Below, in pieces: positions 22,187-31,185 of a stretch of DNA of 64,000 bases (position 1 is its first letter; the number at the start of each line of letters is the position of its first letter). The stretch lies in assembly GCF_011045215.1 (NCBI RefSeq), contig NZ_CP049201.1; one strand, 5' to 3'. A program made the translations under genes and the position numbers. The stretch is from Escherichia coli. GTDB lineage: Bacteria; Pseudomonadota; Gammaproteobacteria; Enterobacterales; Enterobacteriaceae. The notes below the pieces were generated by a model. It was given only the letters and a program-made list of their open reading frames with translations. It had not been told where the DNA came from and made no database searches.

Positions 22187-23563
22187 TCAGGATTTTTTAC
22201 GCGAGGCTTTTTTACCCCCGTTGGCTGCGCGTTCAGCTTTGATTTTTTCCAGCAACGCGGCGGCGCTGTTTTCTCCGCTGATTAAATCCGGGTTTTCGGC
22301 CCGCCACTGGGCGGTGAGTTCTCCACGGAACGCTTTTGCCAGGATGGATTGCGTCAGGTTGTTGACGCGGGCTAAGGCGTTGTTGACCTGTTTTTCTATG
22401 GTGTCGGCGTAGGCGAAGAGCTGCTCGACGCGGCGAACGATTTCGGCTTGTTCATAGAGTGAATATAAAGGTACCATTATTGATGAAATTTTAGAAATAC
22501 TTAATGTATAGAGTCCTGCTCCAGATGTGGCGCGATTAATAATTTCTGCCTTACCTTGTGCAGACATTAAATAGAAAAGGAGAAACCTTGGAGAAATTAT
22601 TTCTCTATTTGCCCTAACTTTTATTAAATGGTTTTGATGTACGCACTCTTTGATTTCATCACGCCATAGTGCAGCTCGACCAATTTGATCAAGACTACCA
22701 TTGCCTTCAACTATTAATAAATCTTCATACTCTAATGATACACGATCCAGTTCTTTTTGTTGAACTCCGATTTCGGAAATATCTTCTAATCTCAATTCAT
22801 TTTCATAGACATTTGCCACACGCAAATATGGAACTTGCAACTCAAAATTATTACGTTTCGAGTTTTTTGTAAGACCGCCAATCACTTGGGCTATTTGACT
22901 AATATTGAAATAATTAATTGGGGAGATATTTGTAAGTTTCCCACTTACAGCCGCAGCCAATACCGCCTGACGAAAACGTTTCATGATTTGTGGGATTTTC
23001 TCAAGGCGTGCTTTGGTGCTGTCTACTTGCGCCAGCAGCGTATCGAGTTTTTCCGCAATTATTTTTTGCTCGGCAAGTGGTGGCAACGGAAGTAGGGTAT
23101 CTTGAAGTGTCCTGGAAGAAAGATGCTTCACCGTAACCGAGGACGTATTTGCATTGATTGCGGATAAATATCCTGGTAAGGCATGATAGAAAAATCTTTT
23201 ATTGTATTTGTCTTCCTGAACTTCGATTTTACATACTCGTTGATTTAACAGAGCGGGCTCCGAGCGCCATATAGTTGTATTAAAATCACCATCCATTCCC
23301 ACGATTAAGTCTTCGGGATATACCCAATATCCCTCAGGAATTTGCCCCGAGTAATAAGTCGATGTATTACCTTTAAGAACATCACGAATTCTAATTAATG
23401 GTACACCTTCTTTACGATTATTAAATTCTGCCGACTTAAAAGCAAAACCGTTTGTGATGTTTGCTACGGAATCCATTGGAATACGTAACCAGCTCTCATG
23501 GATTGAAAGTAACCCATTGATATTTTGCTCAATTAATTCTTTTGATGTTGAGTTGAAACTCAT
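22187..23563 (-). CDS. hsdS: Type I restriction-modification specificity subunit HsdS (type IA frame, divergent TRDs)
   Basis: 458-aa ORF; central conserved region (LAEQKIIAEKLDTLLAQVDSTKAR) and C-terminal region (EQAEIVRRVEQLFAYADTIEKQVNNALARVNNLTQSILAKAFRGELTAQWRAENPDL) match my memory of EcoKI HsdS, whereas the two variable domains are AT-rich and different. Confidence 0.85.
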   Translation of the reverse strand: MSFNSTSKELIEQNINGLLSIHESWLRIPMDSVANITNGFAFKSAEFNNRKEGVPLIRIRDVLKGNTSTYYSGQIPEGYWVYPEDLIVGMDGDFNTTIWRSEPALLNQRVCKIEVQEDKYNKRFFYHALPGYLSAINANTSSVTVKHLSSRTLQDTLLPLPPLAEQKIIAEKLDTLLAQVDSTKARLEKIPQIMKRFRQAVLAAAVSGKLTNISPINYFNISQIAQVIGGLTKNSKRNNFELQVPYLRVANVYENELRLEDISEIGVQQKELDRVSLEYEDLLIVEGNGSLDQIGRAALWRDEIKECVHQNHLIKVRANREIISPRFLLFYLMSAQGKAEIINRATSGAGLYTLSISKISSIMVPLYSLYEQAEIVRRVEQLFAYADTIEKQVNNALARVNNLTQSILAKAFRGELTAQWRAENPDLISGENSAAALLEKIKAERAANGGKKASRKKS

Positions 23564-25149
23564 TCCTTCACCCCACCAAACGCTTCTTCCAGCAACTGAC
23601 GCTGCGCATCCGCCTCATCGCTCGCCCCCAGTTCACGCATCAGCGCATCCAGTTCAGACAGCGCCTGCACCAGCTCGCCCATCGCTTCTGCCGCTAATAC
23701 ATCCGGCTCCGGCAGGCTGTCGGCATCAATACTGTCTTTATCTTTCAGCCAGGAGATATCCAGCGAATCGGATTTCGCGGTGCGGATCCACTCGCGGCTG
23801 AACTTACGCCAGCGGCTGGTAGCCAGGTGCTGGTCGGTGTTTTTGTTCTCTTCGCTGTCGGCAACTTCCGTCTCTTCGGCGTTAAAACTCCATTCCCCTT
23901 CACTACGCGGGCTTAAACCGTGCGGGTCTTCGCCATACACGCGCTCAAACGGCTGCAAATACTCGTCGGTAAACGGCGTGCGTTTACCAAAGCTCGGCAT
24001 ATTGGTCCGCAGGTCGTACACCCACACGTCATCGGTGCAGTTCTTATCCTGATGCGGGTTCGCCACTGTACCTTTGGTAAAGAACAGCACGTTGGTCTTC
24101 ACGCCCTGCGCGTAAAAAATACCGGTCGGCAGACGTAGAATGGTGTGCAGATGACACTTATCCATCAGGTCACGACGAATGTCGGTGCCTTTGCCGCCTT
24201 CAAACAGCACGTTATCCGGCACCACCACCGCCGCACGACCGCCGGGATGTAGCGTTTCGATAATATGCTGCATAAAGCACAACTGTTTGTTGCTGGTCGG
24301 GTGAACAAAGGTGCGGGTAATGTTGGTGCCTGCGGCGCTGCCAAACGGCGGGTTAGTGGCGACAATATGCGCCTTCGGCAGGTTTTCGCCGTCGCTACCC
24401 AGGGTGTTGCCCAGACGGATTGCGCCGCCGTGGTCGAGGTTGCCTTCAATATCGTGCAGCAGGCAGTTCATCAGCGCCAGACGACGGGTGCCGGGCACCA
24501 GTTCGAGGCCGATAAACGCGCGGTGGATCTGGAAATCCTGCGTGTCGCCATCAAGGTCGTCCAGATCGTTAGTCTGCGACTTAACGTAGCGGTCGGCTTC
24601 AATCAAAAAGCCCGCCGTACCTGCTGCCGGGTCCTGCACCACTTCGCGCGGCTGCGGTTTCAGCAGATGAATAATGGTTTTAATCAGCGGACGCGGGGTG
24701 AAGTACTGGCCCGCGCCCGACTTGGTTTCGTTCGCGTTCTTCTGCAACAGCCCTTCGTACATATCGCCGAAGTCATCGCGCGACTTACCGTGCGCACCGT
24801 TGTACCAGTCCAGTGAATCCATATTGCTGACCAGTTCGGTCAACTGTTTCGGCTGGGTAATGGTGGTGTTGACGTTCTGGAACACCGCCTGCACCAGCTT
24901 TTGATTGTCGGCGCCCAGATGCACCAGCAGGTTACGGTAGAACTGCAACTGCTCCTGGCCGATGCGGGATTTCAGGTCATCCCAGCGGTAGCCTTCCGGC
25001 AGGTATTCCGCTTCCTGCCCGGTCTCTTTACACATTTTCAAAAACAGCAGCGAGGCGAGTTCATTGACGTAGTTTTGATAGGAAACGCCGCCATCGCGCA
25101 GGTTGTCGCACAGCTTCCACAGCTTGGCGACCAGATCGTTATTGTTCAT
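23560..25149 (-). CDS. hsdM: Type I R-M DNA methyltransferase subunit HsdM
   Basis: 529-aa ORF, N6-adenine methyltransferase with NPPF motif (ATNPPFGSAAG); 4-bp overlap with hsdS. Confidence 0.9.
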   Translation of the reverse strand: MNNNDLVAKLWKLCDNLRDGGVSYQNYVNELASLLFLKMCKETGQEAEYLPEGYRWDDLKSRIGQEQLQFYRNLLVHLGADNQKLVQAVFQNVNTTITQPKQLTELVSNMDSLDWYNGAHGKSRDDFGDMYEGLLQKNANETKSGAGQYFTPRPLIKTIIHLLKPQPREVVQDPAAGTAGFLIEADRYVKSQTNDLDDLDGDTQDFQIHRAFIGLELVPGTRRLALMNCLLHDIEGNLDHGGAIRLGNTLGSDGENLPKAHIVATNPPFGSAAGTNITRTFVHPTSNKQLCFMQHIIETLHPGGRAAVVVPDNVLFEGGKGTDIRRDLMDKCHLHTILRLPTGIFYAQGVKTNVLFFTKGTVANPHQDKNCTDDVWVYDLRTNMPSFGKRTPFTDEYLQPFERVYGEDPHGLSPRSEGEWSFNAEETEVADSEENKNTDQHLATSRWRKFSREWIRTAKSDSLDISWLKDKDSIDADSLPEPDVLAAEAMGELVQALSELDALMRELGASDEADAQRQLLEEAFGGVKE

Positions 25150-25225
25150 TGTGAGTTCCGTAAATTAAGCAGCGGCCCAAATTTATCGGGCCGCAGAAGA
25201 AGAAATTGCCGGGAATGATACCGTG

Positions 25226-28200
25226 TCAGGCCAGCTCGTCCCAGATGTAATCGCTGAATTTGCCCAGCAGGGTATCGAGATTATCGTCAAAGGTTCTTTG
25301 CAGCATCGCCTTCCCGCCGCGACGGTGGAAGTTGCCGGTTTTGAACACATCGTCGTCGAGCACCACTTTCTCTTTCAGCGCCTGCGCTAAACGATCGAGC
25401 CAGCTTAATTGCTCGCTGCTCCAGTCGTTTTCGCCCTTAATGCGCGTCAGCGCGTGATCGACACGTTCCTCAAACGGTTTCAGCGCATCTCCCACCGCAG
25501 CGCGGCGAATATGACCGATCAGCCGGGCGGCGATATCTTCATTGCGCGTCTCTTTCCACGCTTTGCGCAGGGAAGATTCCTCAAAGTGCTGGCGGTCAAA
25601 CCACTCCTGTAGCTCGACCAGCCCTTTACGGGTGAGATCGCGCGGGCGATTGATCACCGCCTGCAATGCCGGCTGTGCGTTCGGGGAACGTTGCACCAGC
25701 GAGTCAAAGGCTTCGAGGAAATCCTGCGGTGTGTCGTAATCACCGTACAGCGATTTTACGCTCACCACTTCATCGTCGATATCGAGGAAGATCGGCGCAT
25801 CATTCAGGTTATTGATGTCGGTTTTCAACTTTTCCAGACGGGCGATAAAGCCAGGCAGTTTGTTAAAGACCTCGGCGCTCCAGTGCGGCCCTTTTTCCCG
25901 CAGGCGCGAGGCGAAGCCGTTAAAGTTCACCCCCGCCGCATCCTGGCATAGCTCATCCAGACGACGCACCTGTTTATCTATCGTTTCGCTGCGGTCACGG
26001 TTAAACGTGGCCAGGCCGACGATGCGCTGGAGCTTCGCCACCAGTTGTTCATGGCTGTGCTCGGCAAAGCTGCGGCCGTCCGCTTCGGTGATTTTATAGG
26101 TTTCTGAATCGGTAATTTCGTTGACCAGCGTTTGCAGTTCCACCTTCGGACGCACCACCACCGGACGCATGGTGTCGACGCTCTCCAGCGTGCTGTAGAT
26201 ATCGACACAGTCGAAAATCTTAAAGCTGGTTTTATTCACGTCCGGGCATAAGCGTGTGGCGCGGCCTTTCATCTGCTCGTACAGAATACGGCTGCGTACT
26301 TTACGCAGGAACACGATGTTACAGATCGACGGAATATCGACGCCGGTCGTCAGCAGGTCGACGGTTACCACGATATTGGGCAGCCGCTCTTTATTGAAGC
26401 GGGTGATCATGGTCTGCACTTTGCGCGCGTCTTTATCGGCATCACCGGTGATCTTGATGATCGCGTCGTGCTCCAGTTGCGGATACTTTTTCTTGAACGC
26501 GGTACGCAGCTCTTCCACCACCATATCGGCATGAGCATTGGTGACGCAGAAGACCAGCGTTTTTTGCGACCCGGTCGGATCAAGGTAATTGGTGAGTTCA
26601 TTACAAACGGCGCGGTTAAACGCCGGGATCACCAGACCACGGTTAAAGTCGGCGACCTCAAAATCCTGATCGTCTTCCAGGGTGTCATTGATCACTTCTC
26701 CCTGCGGGCTGATGCGCTCTACCTGTTCGCCTTTGGAGAGATAAACCCCTTCCTGGGCGTTGCGGGTGGTGATTTGAATCGGCGGATCCTGGTCGATCAG
26801 AAAACCGTCGATAACCGCGGTACGGTAGGTATAACGGTAAACCGGCTCGCCGAAAATCTGCACCGTATGCAGCGCCGGGGTGGCGGTGAGGGCGATTTTT
26901 ACCGCATCGAAGTGATCGAGAATGCGACGATAGGCAGAAACGTAATCCAACTGACTGCGGAACTGCAGTTCGCCTTCGGTCTGCTCTTTATCGAGAATGT
27001 AGCCACGATGCGCTTCGTCAACAACGATACAGTCATAACGGGCCACCGGCATTGGTTCATCTGATTGCAGGGTGCGTTTCACCAGCGACTGTACGGTGGC
27101 AACGTGAATTTTGGTGCTGTCTTCCGGGAATTTATCCGTCAGCCCTTTAATGTCGAAAATGCTGTTGAAGGTGTCGCCGTTAATACGCGTATCTTCAAAC
27201 GCGCCCAGCGCCTGCTCGCCAAGAGAACGGCGATCCACAAGGAAGAGAATGCGTTTAAAACGCTGAGACTGGATCAGGCGGAACATCATGGCAATTGCGG
27301 TGCGGGTTTTACCAGTACCGGTCGCCATCGCCAGCAGGATCTCTTGTTGACCCTTGACGATTGCCTTTTCAACCGCGCGGACAGCATCTTCCTGATAATA
27401 ACGCAGGCCCAGCTCGCTCATGCCAGGGTTGTCGGCAAACCACTGATTCTGTTTTTGCGGTTCGCTGCCGAGCATTTCCAGCAGCTCTTCCGGGCGATGC
27501 CACTCGGGTAAGGCTTTCGACATATTGCGGGTATCACGCACGTCGCGATACCAGATGCCGCTTTTAGTCTTCATCGCTGCGCGATATTCGCGCCCGTTTG
27601 TGGAGTAGCAGAAGGGGATTTTAAACCGTTGTTGGCCGCTGGTGTCCTGCCAGCTGGTTTCATACTCCGGCACCGCTTCATGCACTTCATCCGGTGAGTA
27701 ATGCTCAAGCAAGGTTTCCCGCAGGAAGCCATTATCGAAACATTTACTGTAGCGATACGACTCATTGAGCTTGGCGGGAACGTCGATATTTTTACGTTTC
27801 GCCTCTACCACCGCGATGGGTTTGAGGCCGACAAACAGCACATAATCCGCAAAGCCCTGATTACCCATTTCATCTTTCCCGGTCGGCCATTCGGCAATGG
27901 CTTTATTGACGCCGGGTTCCGGGCGCGCGCCTTTGGAGAAACGCAGGGTTTTGCTGTCGGCCTGCCAGCCCGCTTTACGCAGTTGGGCATCAATCAGGAA
28001 GCGGCTCTCTTCTTCGCTGAGGTTGAGCGTGCGCTTGATGGCCTGATCGGTAATTTCTTTGTGGTAAGCCTTACGTTCCTGTTCTGTCTGTTTGGCCAGC
28101 TCCGCGTTTTTCTCGGCGAGCTGTGCTTCAAGCGCCGCAAGGCGGGCCTGGGTTTGCGCTTCGGTTTCCTGCTGTTTACCTTCCAGAATGGCGATATAGC

Positions 28201-28738
28201 CGTTCAGGGCAACCAGCTTTTGCTGCTGCGCTTCGACTTCTGCCTGACTCTGCGCTTTTTCTCGCACCTGCTGTTCAAGCTGTTGTTTTAGCGTCAGCAC
28301 TTCCTGGTGATAGAGGTTTTCACCACGTTCCGGCAACACAAACACCGGCACCGAGAAGTCATAATCTTTAGTGACCAGACGGTAGTACCAGACAGCCAGG
28401 CGAAACCCGAGTCGCAGGCACATCTGGGCATCGTCGAGATCGTTATGATATTCGTGCACCGCCTGGTTACCAATGCGGCGTAATTTGTGGAATACAGAGA
28501 GAATGTTGTCATCAACGAAGGCGATTTTGCCGAGTTCGCGCAGGAGATCGTGTTGATTCTCACAAGGGGGGATGTTGAGTAACAGACCAAGATGTTTCGC
28601 TGTGGCTTCGCCAAACATACGCATTTTAATCAGCGTCGTGTTGGGATCATCCGGGTAGTTATTCTCCGCCGCACAGGCGATGGCATAAGTGAAGTCGTTG
28701 ACGCCCTTCAGGAATTCAAAATTGGATTTATTCATCAT
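25226..28738 (-). CDS. hsdR: Type I R-M restriction endonuclease/helicase subunit HsdR
   Basis: 1170-aa ORF with SF2 helicase motifs (LLAMATGTGKTRTA Walker A, DEAH-like VVDEAHR) preceded by an N-terminal nuclease region. Confidence 0.9.
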   Translation of the reverse strand: MMNKSNFEFLKGVNDFTYAIACAAENNYPDDPNTTLIKMRMFGEATAKHLGLLLNIPPCENQHDLLRELGKIAFVDDNILSVFHKLRRIGNQAVHEYHNDLDDAQMCLRLGFRLAVWYYRLVTKDYDFSVPVFVLPERGENLYHQEVLTLKQQLEQQVREKAQSQAEVEAQQQKLVALNGYIAILEGKQQETEAQTQARLAALEAQLAEKNAELAKQTEQERKAYHKEITDQAIKRTLNLSEEESRFLIDAQLRKAGWQADSKTLRFSKGARPEPGVNKAIAEWPTGKDEMGNQGFADYVLFVGLKPIAVVEAKRKNIDVPAKLNESYRYSKCFDNGFLRETLLEHYSPDEVHEAVPEYETSWQDTSGQQRFKIPFCYSTNGREYRAAMKTKSGIWYRDVRDTRNMSKALPEWHRPEELLEMLGSEPQKQNQWFADNPGMSELGLRYYQEDAVRAVEKAIVKGQQEILLAMATGTGKTRTAIAMMFRLIQSQRFKRILFLVDRRSLGEQALGAFEDTRINGDTFNSIFDIKGLTDKFPEDSTKIHVATVQSLVKRTLQSDEPMPVARYDCIVVDEAHRGYILDKEQTEGELQFRSQLDYVSAYRRILDHFDAVKIALTATPALHTVQIFGEPVYRYTYRTAVIDGFLIDQDPPIQITTRNAQEGVYLSKGEQVERISPQGEVINDTLEDDQDFEVADFNRGLVIPAFNRAVCNELTNYLDPTGSQKTLVFCVTNAHADMVVEELRTAFKKKYPQLEHDAIIKITGDADKDARKVQTMITRFNKERLPNIVVTVDLLTTGVDIPSICNIVFLRKVRSRILYEQMKGRATRLCPDVNKTSFKIFDCVDIYSTLESVDTMRPVVVRPKVELQTLVNEITDSETYKITEADGRSFAEHSHEQLVAKLQRIVGLATFNRDRSETIDKQVRRLDELCQDAAGVNFNGFASRLREKGPHWSAEVFNKLPGFIARLEKLKTDINNLNDAPIFLDIDDEVVSVKSLYGDYDTPQDFLEAFDSLVQRSPNAQPALQAVINRPRDLTRKGLVELQEWFDRQHFEESSLRKAWKETRNEDIAARLIGHIRRAAVGDALKPFEERVDHALTRIKGENDWSSEQLSWLDRLAQALKEKVVLDDDVFKTGNFHRRGGKAMLQRTFDDNLDTLLGKFSDYIWDELA

Positions 28739-28925
28739 TGTTATTAATCCATTGCTGTGTGGGCCTGTCCAAATATTTAAGGCCCATAGCGCCTTATCTT
28801 AGCTTTCTGTACCTTTCCGGGCAATGACCACGGTCACAGCAACTGACTCATTTCTAACGTGTTCGTCTATTTTGGTAGTGTTATAGTAGCCGAAAAACAT
28901 CTACCTGATTCTGCAAGGATGTACT

Positions 28926-29839
28926 ATGACGGTTCCTACCTATGACAAATTTATTGAACCTGTTCTGCGTTATCTGGCGACAAAACCGGAAGGTGCAGCC
29001 GCGCGTGATGTTCATGAGGCTGCCGCGGATGCATTAGGACTGGATGACAGCCAGCGAGCGAAAGTCATTACCAGCGGACAACTTGTTTATAAAAATCGTG
29101 CAGGCTGGGCGCATGACCGTTTAAAACGTGCCGGGTTGTCGCAAAGTTTGTCGCGTGGCAAATGGTGCCTGACTCCTGCGGGTTTTGACTGGGTTGCGTC
29201 TCATCCCCAGCCAATGACGGAGCAGGAGACGAACCATCTGGCCTTCGATTTTGTGAATGTCAAACTTAAGTCACGGCCGGATGCCGTCGATTTAGATCCG
29301 AAAGCCGACTCTCCCGATCATGAAGAACTTGCAAAGAGCAGCCCGGACGATCGGTTAGATCAGGCGCTAAAAGAGCTTCGTGATGCGGTGGCTGATGAGG
29401 TTCTGGAAAACTTATTGCAGGTTTCTCCTTCGCGCTTTGAAGTCATTGTTCTGGATGTTTTGCATCGCCTGGGGTATGGCGGCCACCGTGATGATTTGCA
29501 GCGTGTTGGCGGTACTGGAGATGGTGGCATCGATGGTGTGATATCGCTTGATAAACTTGGCCTGGAGAAAGTTTATGTTCAGGCAAAACGTTGGCGAACA
29601 CTGTAGGCAGGCCAGAATTACAGGCATTTTACGGCGCACTGGCTGGGCAAAAGGCGAAACGTGGGGTGTTTATTACCACTTCTGGATTTACGTCTCAGGC
29701 GCGTGACTTTGCTCAATCCGTCGAGGGTATGGTGTTGGTTGATGGGGAACGCCTGGTGCACTTAATGATCGAAAACGAAGTAGGGGTTTCTTCACGTTTG
29801 TTGAAGGTGCCGAAACTGGATATGGACTATTTTGAGTGA
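28926..29839 (+). pseudogene. mrr: Mrr modification-dependent restriction endonuclease, apparently frameshifted
   Basis: Two ORFs (28926..29606, 226 aa; 29591..29839, 82 aa) in different frames jointly cover a ~304-aa Mrr; the frame changes near 29595-29606 inside the catalytic domain (…VQAKRW then stop, versus ANTVGRPELQAFYGAL… in the other frame). Confidence 0.7.
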
Positions 29840-29845
29840 AATATC

Positions 29846-29876
29846 AGGCCGGATGCGGCTGCGCCTTATCCGGCCC
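29846..29876. repeat. REP element
   Basis: gccggatgcggctgcgccttatccggcc palindrome. Confidence 0.75.
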
Positions 29877-29884
29877 ATAACCCC

Positions 29885-30841
29885 TTACTTCCTCAACCCC
29901 GCAAACGCCGCCCGAATCTCATCCTCCGGCAGCTGAATCCCGATAAACACCATCGTGCTATGCGGTTTTTCATCGCCCCACGGGCGGTCCCAGTCGGCGC
30001 TGTAGAGGCGCTGGACGCCCTGGAACAGCAGGCGGTTAGGTTCGCCGTCAATCCATAGCATCCCTTTGTAACGCAGTAGTTTATCCGCCGATTCCAGCAG
30101 CAGGTTTTCCATCACCCGGGAAACTTCGCTGATATCTACCGGGTAATCCAGTTCCACCACAATCGACGAAATATCGTTTTGTTTATCCGCGATAAAGTGG
30201 AAACGCGGTTTGGTGCTGACGACGTTCTCTTCCAGCATAAAACCGTTGGTGTTGAACAGCAGGCCCAGGTCGATGTCGCCGTGGGTAACTGTGTAGATCG
30301 GTGCACGGGCGTTGATGCGCGCCAGGCGTTCGCGCAGTTTTTCTGCTTCGCCTGCGACGTCGGTTTTGGTCAGCAGAATACGGTCGGCGTAGCCCACCTG
30401 GGACTGGGCGATGGTGAACTGGTTCATCTGCTCATCGGCATGTACCGCATCCACCAGCGCAATCACGCCGTCCAGCAGGTAGCGCTGGCATAAAATCTCA
30501 TGGGAGAAAAAGGTCTGAATAATCGGGCCGGGATCGGCCATGCCGGTGCATTCAATCACCAGACGATCGAACTGAATATTGCCCTTGTCGAGATTATCCA
30601 GCAGGTCGAGTAGTGCGTCTTCCAGCTCGTTGGAGCGCGAACAGCAGATGCAGCCGTTGGTCAGCGTTTTGATCTGCGTGGCGCGGTCGCCAATCAATTG
30701 ATCATCAACGGAGACTTCGCCGAATTCGTTTTCAATCACGGCAATCTTGTAGCCGTGTTGTTCGTTAAGAATATGGCGCAGCAGGGTGGTTTTGCCCGCG
30801 CCTAAAAAACCGGTGAGTAGGGTAACTGCAATCGGGTTCAT
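29885..30841 (-). CDS. yjiA: CobW/P47K-family (COG0523) GTPase
   Basis: ORF 29885..30925 trimmed to MNPIAVTLLTGFLGAGKTTLLRHILNE... (318 aa); Walker A and CxCC metal motif (GCICCS). Confidence 0.85.
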   Translation of the reverse strand: MNPIAVTLLTGFLGAGKTTLLRHILNEQHGYKIAVIENEFGEVSVDDQLIGDRATQIKTLTNGCICCSRSNELEDALLDLLDNLDKGNIQFDRLVIECTGMADPGPIIQTFFSHEILCQRYLLDGVIALVDAVHADEQMNQFTIAQSQVGYADRILLTKTDVAGEAEKLRERLARINARAPIYTVTHGDIDLGLLFNTNGFMLEENVVSTKPRFHFIADKQNDISSIVVELDYPVDISEVSRVMENLLLESADKLLRYKGMLWIDGEPNRLLFQGVQRLYSADWDRPWGDEKPHSTMVFIGIQLPEDEIRAAFAGLRK

Positions 30842-30851
30842 GCTCTCTCCA

Positions 30852-31055
30852 TTAACAACAGCGCATACCGCCTTTACCATCGCCGCCGTAGCGCGCGTTC
30901 TGGCGTTCGCGGAAGAATTCTTCATAGCTCATGTACGGCTTGTCGGGATGGTTGGTCTTCATATGCTCGACGTAGTTGTCGTAGTCTGGAATGCCAATCA
31001 ACATCTTCGCCGCCTGGCCGAGATATTTTTTTGCCTGTCCTAAGTTACCAAACAT
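30852..31055 (-). CDS. yjiX: DUF466-family small protein
   Basis: ORF 30852..31181 trimmed to [32 protein letters not shown]... (67 aa); the longer ORF would read through REP sequence. Confidence 0.8.
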
Positions 31056-31103
31056 TTTGCCTTCCAGATATGCGTAAAGCCCGGAAGGTCCGGGCTGGGG
31101 ATT

Positions 31104-31182
<79 letters not shown>

Positions 31183-31185
31183 CGG

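Noticed and set aside
24265-28291. Several 100-200-aa plus-strand ORFs across hsdM and hsdR (e.g. 24265..24816, 26468..27064, 27065..27511, 27701..28291)
   Set aside because: All antisense to long, well-supported hsdM/hsdR coding sequences.
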